Assembly: GCF_004010195.1 (NCBI RefSeq) | Contig: NC_057719.1 | Location: forward strand, 21,857,895-21,921,894 | Direction of reading: 5' to 3' | Length of the DNA stretch: 64,000 bases | Origin: Chiloscyllium plagiosum | Lineage: Eukaryota | In this document: piece after piece, positions 52,200 through 64,000 of the stretch | How the letters are laid out: each line of letters starts with the position of its first letter | How positions within the stretch are numbered: the first letter of the stretch is position 1 | The notes under the pieces: model-generated | Database searches by the model: none | The model's input: the letters and a program-made list of their open reading frames with translations, nothing else | Told to the model about the DNA's origin: nothing | Position numbers and translations under genes: made by a program

Positions 52200-53050
52200 G
52201 AGGGAAAAATCCGTATTGAAAAAGTAAGGTATATCGAAAGGTTTGTCAAAAGAAGGCACAAGGAGATTGCAGATGGATACAGATGTGTTAACTCTAGCAA
52301 ATAGAGTATAATATGGGAAAATGTGATGTAGTTCACTTTAGCAAGCAGAAGAAAAAAGGGGGAGTCTATTAAAATGCAGAATGACTGCAAAATTGTGGAT
52401 TGTTTCCAGTGTTCTAGTGGGTGAGTCACAGAGCTTATATGCATGCAGGTACAGCACATAATCATGAAGGCTAATGCAATGCTATCCTTTACTGCAGGTT
52501 GAACTAAAAATAAAAGTAAGGATGTTATCATCCAATTATAATCTTGAATACTGTCTGCAGTTTTGGTCTCCATACTTAAGGAAGAATGCAAGCGCATTGG
52601 AACTGGTTTAGAGGAGGTTGAGTAAATTGATGCCTGGAGTGAGTGTATTGCTTTACAAGAACAGGTAGGACAAGCTGGACTGGTTTTCACTGCAGTTTGG
52701 AAGAACGGGAGGTGATCTAATTGACGTATATATATATATGGTCTTGACAAGGTGGTTGTGTAAAGGATGCTTCCTCTTGTGGGTCAGTCCAGAGATAGGG
52801 GGCACTGTTTTAAAATTAATCTTAAATTTAAAAATTAATAACCTCTAATTTAAGATCAGCGATGAAGAGATTATTTTGTCTCAGTGGTTTGCATGACTTT
52901 AAAACTCTGCGTCAGTAGAGGAAGATAGATTCCTGTTCGGCAAGTGAATGAAATGTTATTGAGAGTAGTTGGGAAAGTGGAACTTGAAACACAAATAGAT
53001 CAGCATGATCGCATTGAATGCTGGGTTCAGGGGGCCCAATGATCTACTTC
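52200..53050 (+). mobile_element. Old CR1 3' remnant
   Basis: Degenerate KCDVVHF, KANAMLSF and QFWSPYLRK. Confidence 0.6.
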
Positions 53051-53194
53051 TTCAACTACTTTGTATGTGCATATGCCCGACACTTATCTCTGTGCCAGCT
53101 GGGCATCCAAGTCCGCCCAAGTTTGAAGGGTGCCCTATGTGGGATGTTTGAGTTATTCCTGTGTGGCCTATGAATGAATTTAGAATGATGAGGA

Positions 53195-53575
53195 GTTGTT
53201 GTACTGGGGTGGACAAAGTTAAAAATCACACAACACCAAGTTATAGTCCAACATTGTGATGCTGGAAAAGCACAACTGGTCAGGCGGCATTCAAGGAGCA
53301 GGAGAGTCGACGTTTCAGGCATAAGCCCTTCATCAGGAATGAGGCTTGGGGACCGGATGGTTGGGGAGTGGGGGGGGTGGGAGAGCGGGGGGAGTGAGGA
53401 AGCTGAGAGATAAATGGGTGGGGGTGGAGATGAGAGGGAAAATAGCTGGGAACATGATAGTTAGATGAAGGTGGGGGGGAAGGTGATAGATCAGAGAGGG
53501 AGTGGAACAGATAGGTGGGAAGGAAGATGGACATGTCAAGTGGGCTATAACCAGGTGTTGGGTGCTTTTTAACTG
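53195..53575. mobile_element. Composite of family B ends around a family A-type pLTR
   Basis: AAAAATCACACAACACCAAGTTATAG at left; inverted CTATAACCAGGTGTTGGGTGCTTTTT at right; hammerhead-like motif at 53305-53340 (minus). Confidence 0.65.
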
Positions 53576-55489
53576 AACTTAGAATGATCTTCATGCCTAT
53601 CTCTTCAGGCAGGTGAGTTCAGCGTACTGACCACCTTAAACCTTTGGTTGGGAGCTATCAAATAGAGATCCAACTCAATCTAAATATTCTTTTATATGAC
53701 CAATTGCTTTAAATATTATCTTTAAAATATTGACAAAACAGCTGTGCATTTTTTACTTTGAAAATTAGTTGCTTTATTTTAAAGTTCAGGTCTATATTAG
53801 ACATCATTATGTGTTAGAATACATTCCCCTTGGAGAGACATTTAGCTAAGCATAGCATTATTTAGCTGTCCTCCAATGTGACAAGCAGGTATTTTCCATT
53901 ACAATAGCATCACCGAGATGTCCTTTTTCTGTCAGCGTCCTATATAATTGTTTGCCCAAGAAAGAAAACAATTGAGATATAATTAGGTGCTGTTGAATAA
54001 GATAAAATGCACCTATTCACCATGGCTGGACTTTACAAAAGGTTCGAAATGAGTGTAAAATCCCATGTATCTAGTTTCATGACATCTGTGAATTAAATTA
54101 CCTACATCACTTATGAACCAGAAGCTTCAGACTTAGCAAGGTTTTCTCAAACAATAAAAAAGCACGGGAAATTCTTCTCCAATCATTCAAGGGAAATGCG
54201 TCTGAAATGTCAATGTGCTCAGTGGCAGGTTTAATTCAGGATGTGCAAATTCTTTATTTACGATGGAGAAGAGCCAGAAGAGTTACATATGCTTTTACAG
54301 GATCTGCTCTTTGTACCACAAGACTGGAAACACGAGACAATGAAGGGAAATTTGTGAGGAAAATATAATGAATCTTTTCTTGCATAATTGCAATTACATT
54401 GGAGAAACAACCAGGGCAAAATTTCAAAGCACCTTCTTTAGTATTTACAGCACACTGAAGGATGCAACGGTAACATATGTTTCTCAGTGATTAAGTGATT
54501 AAAATAAATATAACAGCAGCTGCAGCAGTTCAGGTGACAGCTGATAACAGCACTCGAACCCTGCTTTACAAACTCAAATGCTGACTATCAGCCATATCCT
54601 CTAAATTACTGCAGTGTTCAAATAGCAAACAAACCGATTTGAATAAAGAAAGTCAGCCAGATTGGGGTATTAATGACCAGCTTACTTGCTCATAGTTTAG
54701 ACGATTTGAAGTAATTAATCAGTCCCAGCCTCTGCTCAATGCCTGCTTCTCCATTACACGGAAGTCTGATATAACTAGTTAGGAATTTACAGGTTACCAA
54801 ATCTTTGACTTCTGATTACAGATGGGAAGTCTTGTCTTAAATTGCAAGGGGAGACTGAAGTCCCTGGGTTGTCTGTTTCTTAAATTCAAAGATCATGAGG
54901 ATAATTGTGAATGAGGAAAGCAATCTTACCTGATCCATCTGGAAAAAAATCCTCCTGCAGTGTTGCAGCTAAGTTTATTTTACAATTTTCACTAAGTTTT
55001 CTTATGCTACTTAGAAGTCCACTCTGTAAACTATTTCATTTTCAGCAAATATCTCCCAGATCTAAGTTATAAACTGTATATTCTGGTTCTGCTTTCACAA
55101 ATTAGTTTAACATACTATCCTGGAATTACCTTCTCTTGGTTGTTTGTTAACTTATATCCACCTCCGCTTTTGCTAAATTATGAGATGGCATGTCTGACAT
55201 CCAATACTGGAAAAGACATTTGGTACAATTTAACACTGGCAAAACCATTGTTTTTATGGTTCCTGCCACAAACTCCATTTCTAAGCAACTCCATTTCTAA
55301 GCAACTCCATTTTTTGCTCTGGCAACTAACTTTGACCCTGAGATGAGCTTGTAACCATATATCTGCATCCACATTATGTCCACTTATTCCCACCTCTGTA
55401 ATATCTTCCAATATCTTCCAGTTCCACCACAATGTCAGCTCATGTCTAATCTATCCTTCTGTTAACACTAGATCAAACTATTCCGTCTT

Positions 55490-55805
55490 AGTTAGAGTCA
55501 TAGAATTACACAGCAAGGAAACAGACCTTGGGTCCAAATTGTCCATACCGACCAGATATTCTAAACTGATCTTGTCCCATTTGTTCATGTCCCTCTAAAC
55601 CCTTCCTATTCATGTTCGCTTCCAGATGCCTTTTAAATGTTGCAATTATACCCACTCCACCACTTTCCCTAGCAGCTCGTTCCATTCACACACCACCCTC
55701 TGTGTGAAGAAATTGGCTTTCAAGTCCATCGTAATTCTTTTCACTCTCACCTCAAACCTATGCCCTCTAGTCTTGGACTCCCCACTTTGAGGAAAAAACA
55801 TCTTC
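55490..55805 (-). mobile_element. CR1 3' end inside an L2-like remnant
   Basis: GESKTRGHRFEVR...FFTQRVV..WNEL. Confidence 0.75.
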
Positions 55806-56071
55806 TTGATAGTCTTCCACATTCCACCTTCTATTGACTTGAGATCATCCAAAACTCTTCTGCCAATATCATTCTATGCCCCTGTGTTCCCTAACTTATG
55901 TTGGCTCCCAATCAAGAAATGCCTCCGTTTTATAGGTTCTATCTTTATTTTCAACTTCTCTAAAGGTTTACCTCTGCCTATCTTTGAAATCTTCTCCAGC
56001 TCTACAACTTACTAACATATACACATTACCCTAAATTTGGCCTCTGAAGCATCTCTGATTTTAATTGCTTA

Positions 56072-56398
56072 GGGGCAGCACAGTGGCTCAGTGGTTAGCA
56101 CTACCGCTTCACAGCGCCAGGGATCCAGGTTCGATTCCCATCTTGAGTGACTGTCTGGAGTTTGCACTTTCTCCCTGTGTCTGTGTGGGTTTTCTCCAGG
56201 TGCTCTGGTTTCCTCCCACAATCCAAAGATGTGCAGGTCAGATGAATTGGTCATGTTAAATTGCCCATATGCTAGGTGCGTTAGTCACAGGTAAACATAG
56301 GGTAGGGGAATGGGTCTGGATTGGTTACTCTTCAGAGGATTGGTGTGGACTTGTTGGCCCAAATGGCCTGTTTCCATACTATAGGGGATCTAATCTAT
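56072..56398 (+). mobile_element. HE1-like SINE
   Basis: tRNA head with A and B boxes; CR1-like tail. Confidence 0.85.
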
Positions 56399-56832
56399 AT
56401 CAGTGGCTATGCTGTTAGCTGTATTATCTTTAAACTTTTCAATTTCCTCCCTCAGCCACTTTTCTTTCCTCCTTTAAGAAGCTCCTTAGAACCTAAGTCT
56501 TTTGCCAAGTTTTTTGCTATTTGACCAAATATTGGTTTGATGTTCAAATCTGCTTCATAGTATTCTTCTGGAGCACCTTCATATGTTCTTATTATATTGC
56601 CTTATCACAATTCATCTTTTAGATATGCTGTTAAAAATCTGCCCAAATTACATCAAATAAGGAAGGAGAAAATCTTTGTGAACTTGGGTCTGAAAGTGAA
56701 GTGCATTTAGGAATAAAGAGTTTATGTTGTAATTCTCCCCTTTCACTCCTAACAATTTTTTAAAACCATCTTCTACCTTATTTTGCCAAACCTACTTTGA
56801 CATCAGGTAAATGTCTACTGTTTTAAAAAAAA

Positions 56833-57093
56833 ATGGCTCAGTGGCTCAGTACCGGGGTCCCAGGATCGCTTCCAGCATTGGGTGACTTCTGTGTGGAGTT
56901 TGCACATTCTCCCATGTCTTCTTGGGTTTCCTCCCACAGTCCAAAGCTGTGCAGGTCAAGTGAACTGGCCATGCTAAATTGCCCATAGTGTTAAGTGCAT
57001 TAATCAGAGGGAAGTGGGTTACTCTTTGGAGTGTCGGTGTGGACTGGTTGGGCTGAAAGGCCTGTTTCCACGCTGTAGGGAATCTAATCTAAT
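56833..57093 (+). mobile_element. HE1-like SINE (internally deleted)
   Basis: SINE body plus AATCT tail. Confidence 0.8.
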
Positions 57094-58321
57094 CCAATTT
57101 ACCTGATATCAAAATAGATCTGGCAACATAAGGTAGAAGGTGGTTTCATAACGCAAGGTGACTATTTCATTATATTATAAGTGGCACTGAGAAGATTCCT
57201 TGATTCCAAGGAATACTCACTACTGATTTGTCAAATACCTCAGCAGCATCCAACTTGATGGATCTTCCTGAAAAGAGCCAACCGTGGGCTCTTGCCATCT
57301 CTCCAGTTGATGGATGAGATCCTTGTCCCATCCATTAAATACCACCCACTGTTTCCAGTGGCAAAATGACCAATATACAAAGGAGCAGGTTTCAGTAACT
57401 AGCAAAAGAACTGCAGACAATGTGAGGATAACATTGTTATGCTCCTATTTATTACAATCCAGAATGTAATGGTTGACAAGATGAGGGAAGCAGATTTAGT
57501 GGTAACTTTCAAAAGAGCGTTGTATAAAATATTCAAAGCAGGGCTATGATGAAAAAGCAGGTTTAGGAGCCAACATAGACATGGTGGGCCAAATGCTCCT
57601 TTCTGCACACAACATTCAACAAGCTTATGATTCTAAATGTCGTAATTTGGGCCCCAGTCAAAAATGAGAGTCGGTAACTCCCCCATAAGCCAAAAGAAAA
57701 ATTCAGAGACTCATTGACTTGTCAGGGAAAAAAAGAACTAGCACTGGACTCTAACATTCTAATTTTGCAATGTTTAAATGGTGTTAATCCCCATTCTGTC
57801 AAACCGAAATGGGGCAGAGATCCAATTACCCCAATTAAAAATGAAATAAGCTGAGTCAATTGATGGCCTTATACCTATTCAAATGAACATTCCGCATGTT
57901 CTTACAAGTAAAGCGTAGTAAGGTTTGGACTTTTGTTCGGTACAACGATTTGTACGAGCTTTAGGTGTGTTGCCAAAGCTGAACAGGAGGTAATTATATC
58001 AACCTCTGGTCCACTCACAAAATCAATGAAAACCACAAACAATTGTTTTATGTATTTAAGAAAAGTCATTCCCGCAACTTGTTTTGACTTTTTTCACAGA
58101 CTTTCTAAATTTAGCTACTAAAAGTAGTTGTTGGGGAAAAAGGTGGAGATTATAGTACTTCCATGCATACAAGGAGAAAACTATATGTGGAAACTCTGCA
58201 ATGGTAAAATACTCAAGTAAACAAGATATTAGTAAAGAGAATCGTATCACTAATATTGATTTTTTAAAAACAAATTCCAACTTTTAATTCCCCACACTCC
58301 TTTTGGGATCTAAGTTCTACC

Positions 58322-59127
58322 GCTCACACTGTGAGTGCTATTGAGAGATAATTGTGTCTCATGTGCATTGCACTATTGCTCAAAGTACAATATCTTTGAG
58401 TTCTGCTGGATCAATAACAATTTAGAACAAAGCAGTCAATCTACAGTCTAGTAGGAAAGCAGTTGTTGCCATTGGCTATCTTCACTGAAGGATGACTGAA
58501 CAGAAAGAATCACCTTCTATATTGATGTTCACCTGTAGAAGCCACTGTGATGTAGAATGACTACATGGATGGATGGTGGTCAAGGCAGGCATGTGCATAC
58601 TAAGATGCAGAGGAGCAATGATAGTGAAGAGAGGCAACTTCATGTATAAAGGTGAGAGTCTGTAGAGCATTGCAGGACAGGGGTTTAGTGAAGGGTGGGG
58701 GAGGGAAAGTTGGGGGGGTGTCATCAGTGATCACAACAATCTTGGCTTTGACAAATGACCAGCATGTGGGGTCAGAGCTCAGGGTATGAAGTTGATTAAA
58801 TAGTTGGATGGGAATGTGTGGAAACTCAGTAATGATCGTGCTAATGGGATGTGTAAGAAATAATGAGAATGAATGATTGGAGTCTAATTACCACAGCTCA
58901 CATGGTGAGTGCTATTGAGAGATAATTGTATCTCATGTGCATTGTACTGTTGCTCAAAGTACAATATCTTTGAGTTCTGCTGGATCAGTAACAATTGAGA
59001 GCAAAGCAGTCAATCTATATTCCACTCGTGGAGCAGTTGCTGCAATTGGCTACATTGACGGATGTAGTAGAGTCACTGGAGGATGATTGATTGGAGAGAA
59101 TCATTGATGCCCACCTGCAAAAGCCAT
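58322..59127 (+). repeat. Direct repeat of about 230 bp (58322-58546 and 58896-59127)
   Basis: Cores 58331-58422 and 58905-58996 differ at 4 of 92 positions. Confidence 0.88.
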
Positions 59128-60108
59128 TATTAGAATACAGATTTCCAGCCTGGCTTGTGACTCACAGGATATCTTCCTCTGCGATGTCTTCCATTTTCAT
59201 ATGAATGCAAATGCGCAATAGAAATGGAAAATGGATGTGACTACATTCAGAGTGAGATGAGTAAGTGTTTGCTTTTGTATCTGAGCACGAGGACTCAAAG
59301 TGTGAGGGATGTGAGTCCTTCCAATGGGAAATTGCTTCAATCCAGCATCTTACTGACTATAATTTGAAGACATCTGGAATCATCCTGCTTGGGAAATGCA
59401 ACTGTGTGGGTTCGGATTACAGTTTACAAGCAATCTGGACCCTGTCATTGGTCACAACAGATTGATCAGAGTCATCTCTGCGAAGTAGGAATAATCACAG
59501 GTGATCTTATCACCAGGGAATCACAAACAACAAAGACAATCCAAGATGCCATAGGCTGCATGGAACTGACTTTTTCTCATCTTGGACTGTATTTATTCAG
59601 AAACATACTCTTTTACACAATGCTGCCTTTCTTGGTTGAATTGGGGGCTGGAGTGAATATGGGAGAGCAATACATCAATAATTATGTTGAATGTATAATC
59701 CCCTACTGTATTCCCATGATGTGGTTTGTACTGTATACATCAGAATAAGGCCCTCCATGTCATAGATACATGTAGCAGCATTCTGTGGCCCTCCTTGTTG
59801 GAGTTGTCCATGTCCCACTATACGGAAGACTACACTGAAGCCATCATGTGAATGCTGACTGATCACTTTACAATGAACCTGTTCTGTTTCTGAAATTCCC
59901 CTAACAGGTTAATTGAAACCATGCTCAATAGACTCATCCAAGGTAGGGGTTATTGTAGCTCTGGCCATGGTGTTGCAAATTTGCAGAGAGATCAAAAAGA
60001 GACAAATGCATCAACCAGCCTAGAATCAACAAGATCTCCCAACAGTCTCCACATGAAGAAGTTGTGGCTAGAGGTTCTTGCAGGATGCAAAGGAGGTTCA
60101 GAGGGGCC

Positions 60109-60870
60109 AGAGTCAATCTTCTTCAATGTCATTTTCTCCAGATGATTAAGGTGCAGTGTCACAGACTGCGAATGTCTTGGGGCACTATCATAGAAGTATG
60201 CCATCTGGTAGAGTGGGACTTATGACTTGAAATGGTGGATGGCCATCCTATCACAGTGGTTTAGTTGACATTGAGTTGATGGCCACGCTAAAATTTTATG
60301 TAAATAATTGTTTTCAAGGATGGATAGATAATTAGCAAGTTATCTCACAACAATTAACCCACAAATGTATTAGATTTGTTACTAATGCAATTTGAGCCAG
60401 ATCATGCTTTCAATTTTCTGAAGAAGAGTCATACCAGATTCGAAACATGAACTGGTTTTCTCTCCACAGAGGCTGAATTTCTCCAGGGTTCTCTGTGTTG
60501 TTTCCGATTTCCAGCTGTATTTTTGCTTTCATCTCATTTCTCCCTGATGAGGTCAGTGCTGCAGCCTGGGCAGTAGGCTTTGCCAAAATAGCTCACTTTC
60601 CCCATGGTTAAGGGTGCTTTAAATGGCAGCAGACTTCATCAACAGAAACGGTTCACGTTCCATCAATGTACAAGTCATCTCTGTTTATTGGTACCACATC
60701 TTAGGAGCCTGTACCAGACATCATGCAAGTTACCATGATATTCTTGAGAACTCTCAACTTCCAGCTTTGCTTCAAATTCTAGATTCTTTACAACAATGGC
60801 TGCTGGGGAAATAGGGCCATCCTTGAAATCATGGCTGATGACTGCATTATGCAAGGCCATGGCTAAGTCT
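60109..60870 (+). pseudogene. Decayed PIF/Harbinger (HARBI1-like DDE) transposase
   Basis: FLQM...QC.RLRMS..., ATLKFY...FQG...ISQ...HKCIR.VTNAI, GF..IA.FP.V.GA, FINRNGSRSINVQ...HD...SQLP, WLLG..GHP..WLMT; stops and frameshifts; pLTR scrap inserted at about 60412-60523. Confidence 0.78.
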
Positions 60871-60884
60871 GAGCCCATGCATTC

Positions 60885-61562
60885 CCATTGAAAGTTAAAT
60901 ATTTTAAGAGTTGATAATGATCACAAAGTTTCAGGTGCCTTAACAGTAGGCCATCAATATTTGAAATCAAAATATATAGGATTATAAAGGATTCACTAAA
61001 ATGAATTTGATGTCCATAAAAAAAAACTCATAGAATCCTTACAGTGTGGAAGCAGGCCATGTGGCCCATAGAGTCCACGCCAACTCTCCAAAGAGTCTTC
61101 CACCCAGATCCACTTCTCTACCCTATATTTCTTGTGGTTAATCCACCTAACCTTCACATCTATTGTCACTATGAGGCAATTTACCATGGTTAATCCACGT
61201 GACCAGCGCATCTTGGGACTGTGGGAGGAAACCCATGCAGACACAGGGAAAATGCACAAACACCATACAGACAGTTGCCCAAGGGTGGAATCAAACCCAG
61301 GTCCCTGGTGCTGTGAGGTAGCAGTGCTACGCACTGAGCCACTACATGACAGTGTCAAGCAAGGCACTAAATCCTGATAAGTAGAGCTTTCTCATGATTC
61401 GTGATTGATTGACCTATGGTTGGTTCTGGTGCAAATTGTACTGAAAATTCTACATTACTTTGCATCAGCCATACAATTTTTGGCAGAGCTGTACTGAAAT
61501 AAAGAATGCCATTAAGCTAAAACTCAAAGTATTAGTGTTTTACATCTGTCATTTGCAGCTCA
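60885..61562 (+). repeat. Copy 2 of the diverged duplication, split by a SINE
   Basis: Alignment with 50541-50885 resumes at ATGACAGTGTCAA after the SINE. Confidence 0.85.
61027..61345 (-). mobile_element. HE1-like SINE
   Basis: Reverse-complement SINE; absent from the paralogous copy. Confidence 0.85.
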
Positions 61563-62105
61563 GATATAGATTGCAGATATATTGTGGCTTGTTCTTCAAC
61601 CAAGGCCAGTGATAGAGCAGATGATAGACCTCCAGAAATTATAAATTCTCCATTTCTCACTGAAAGGGACCAATATTTTTTCTCTTTACATACCTGTAGA
61701 AACATTTACAATCAGTTCTTATGTTCCCCACAAGCTTATCTTATACCCTGTTTCCCTTTCCAAATCAATCGCTTGGTCCTCTTTTGCTGGTTTCTAAACT
61801 GTTGCCACTATTCAGGTTGATTGTTCTTTCTGCCATTTGCATAAAGCTTACATACAAGTGCAGCAGATAATAAAAAGGCAAATATGATATAACACAATAC
61901 AACATAGGAACAGGCCTTTCGGCCCACCAAGCCTCTGCCAATTCTAATCCTGGTTTAGACCTACCTAGTTATTGCCAATCTGTGGTTTCTATTCCTCTAT
62001 TTGCCTCCCATTCAAGTGTCTACCAAGATGCACCTTAAATGTTACTAACATGCCAGTTTCCATCAGCTCCACTGGCAGTGTGTCCCAGGCACCTACCACC
62101 CTCTA

Positions 62106-62286
62106 GGAGAAAGTGAGGACTGCAGATGCTGGAGATCAGAGCTGAAAATGTGTTGCTGGAAAAGCGCAGCAGGTCAGGCAGCATCCAAGGAGCAGGGGAA
62201 TCGACGGGCTCATGCCTGAAACGTCGATTTCCCTGCTCCTTGGATGTTGCCTGACTTGCTGCGCTTTTCCAGCAACACATTTTCAA
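62106..62286. mobile_element. Mini fold-back pLTR insertion
   Basis: Inverted arms; degenerate flanking duplication CCACC..CTAGGA. Confidence 0.8.
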
Positions 62287-62510
62287 CCCACCACCTAGGA
62301 CCAGTGAAAGACTTTTCCCTGCACTTTTCCCCTAAACTGTCTCTCTCTCACCTTGAAGCTGTGCCTAATTGTAGTCAACCTTTCCATCCTGAAAAAAGCC
62401 TTTAACTATTCACCCTATCTATGCCTTTCATAATTTTGTAGACTGCTATGATGTTGTCCCCTCAGCCTCTGACGTTCCGGTGAAAACAATCCGAGTTTAT
62501 CCAACATCTC

Positions 62511-62835
62511 AAGGCGGATGGATAGGGGTAGTAGACAAAGTATTTCCCTGGGGTGTGGGAGTCCAGAACTAAAGGGCATAGGTTTAGGGTGAGAGGGGAA
62601 AAGATTTAAAGGACCTAAAGGGCAGAAGGTGGTATTTGAGCTGTCAGAGGAAGTGGTGGAGGTCAGAACAATTACAACATTTAAAAGACATCTGGATGAG
62701 TATATGAATAGGAAGGGATTATAGGGATATGGGCAAAGTGCTGGCAAATGGGATTAGATTAGGTTAGGATATCTGGTTGTCATAGACAAGTTGGACCAAA
62801 GGGTCTGTTTCCATGCTGTACATCTGTATGACTCT
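62511..62835 (+). mobile_element. CR1/HER1 3' end
   Basis: Same 3' text as 12060-12357. Confidence 0.8.
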
Positions 62836-62921
62836 CATAACTAAATGCTCTAGACCAGGAAACATCCTGATAAACCTTCTCTGCACCCTCTCCAAAGCAT
62901 CCATGTCCTTCTGGTAGTATG

Positions 62922-63176
62922 AAAATGTGTTGCTGGAAAAGCGCAGCAGGTCAGGCAGCATCCAAGGAACAGGAGAATCGACGTTTCGGGCATAAGCCTT
63001 TCCTGAAGAAGGGCTTATGCCCAAAACGTGGATTCTCCTGTTCCTTGAATTCCTGAAGAAGGGATCATGCCCGAAACGTCGATTCTCTTGTTCCTTGGAT
63101 GCTGCCTGACCTACTGCGCTTTTCCAGCAACACATTTTCAGCTCTGATCTCCAGCATCTGCAGCCCTCACTTTCTC
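62922..63176. mobile_element. Fold-back pLTR insertion with tandem hammerhead segments
   Basis: TSD CCTTCTGGTAGTATG at 62907-62921 and 63177-63191. Confidence 0.85.
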
Positions 63177-63389
63177 CCTTCTGGTAGTATGGTGACCAGA
63201 ACTGCAATGCAATATTCCAAATGTGGTCTAATTTAAGTTTTAGACAGCTGTAACATAACTTGCCAACTTTTAAATTCAATTTCGCAGACGATGAAGGCAA
63301 GAGTACTATATGTCCTTCACCACCTTACCCACCTGTTTTGCCACTTTCAGGGATCAGTGGACCTTTACGCTCACATTCTTCTATATGTC

Positions 63390-63950
63390 AACATGTTGAC
63401 CTATATTTCAAAGGGAATGGAATGTAGAAATAAGGAGGTCTTGTTAAAACAATACCAGCCATTAGTCAGACCAGACCTGAAATATTGTGAACAGTTTTGG
63501 TCTGCTTATTGAAGAAAAGACATGAGAGCTTTGGAGGCAGTACAGAGAAGTTTTATTATGTTGGTCCTGGGTATGGAATAACTATCTTTGAAAGAGGTTG
63601 AGTATGTTGGATCTATATTCATTAGGATTTAGAAGAATGAAATTCTTCAATTATTAGGTGCAGAAAGGTTGTTTCCCTTGTGAGAGTCTAGGACCAGAGG
63701 GCATCATCTCAGAGTAAAGGGTCACCATATAAGTCAGAGATGAGGACTAATTTCCACTCTCAGAGGGTGGTGAATTTGTGGAACTCTTTACCATAGAGGA
63801 TTGCAGAGTTTGGGTCGTTAAGCATATTCAAGGCAGAAATAACCAGATTTTTAATCAGTAAGGGAATTAAGACAGAAATGTATAGTTGAGGATTATCAGA
63901 TCAGCCATGAATAACAGAACAGAGTCAGTGGCCTGTGTCTTATTGTCCTA
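63390..63950 (+). mobile_element. Old CR1 3' remnant
   Basis: LVRPDLKYCEQFWSAY; SQRVVNLWNSLP. Confidence 0.7.
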
Positions 63951-64000
63951 TGGTGATGTTCCCACATTGAACAATGAAGAGATGCTATGTTAAGCTGGTA

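Larger units (their letters stand above)
61890..63390 (-). mobile_element. CR1-like LINE 3' region hosting three insertions
   Basis: QFWSPYYQK|DMDALERVQRRFIRMFPGL on the minus strand, interrupted. Confidence 0.75.

Noticed and set aside
52178..52750. 190-aa minus-strand ORF
   Set aside because: Antisense frame of a decayed CR1 remnant.
55271..55312. 16-bp tandem repeat, about 2.6 copies
   Set aside because: Ordinary slippage duplication.
62764..63300. 178-aa minus-strand ORF
   Set aside because: Accidental fusion of CR1 and fold-back pLTR sequence.

Overview
Repeat-rich eukaryotic non-coding DNA with no host protein-coding exon that I can support. The repeat content (HE1-like tRNA SINEs, HER1/CR1-like LINEs, Deu-domain SINE remnants) points to a cartilaginous fish, probably a shark; this is inference. 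Every recognisable ORF is transposon-derived: Penelope-like element (PLE) GIY-YIG endonuclease fragments, CR1-group RT and ORF1 fragments, a Rex1/Babar 3' end, and decayed PIF/Harbinger transposase and Myb/SANT remnants. Main signals: (1) several PLE families carrying minimal type I hammerhead ribozyme motifs in their pseudo-LTRs (pLTRs), with covarying stems; (2) a population of 100-600 bp ORF-less fold-back pLTR insertions, many with 12-15 bp target-site duplications (TSDs); (3) a 770-bp palindrome (29258-30027) centred on a PLE end that duplicates about 310 bp of unique DNA; (4) multi-level nested insertions; (5) two local duplications of non-repeat-looking DNA. Repeat boundaries were read by eye and are approximate unless a TSD is given; PLE family labels A, B, D and E are my own.
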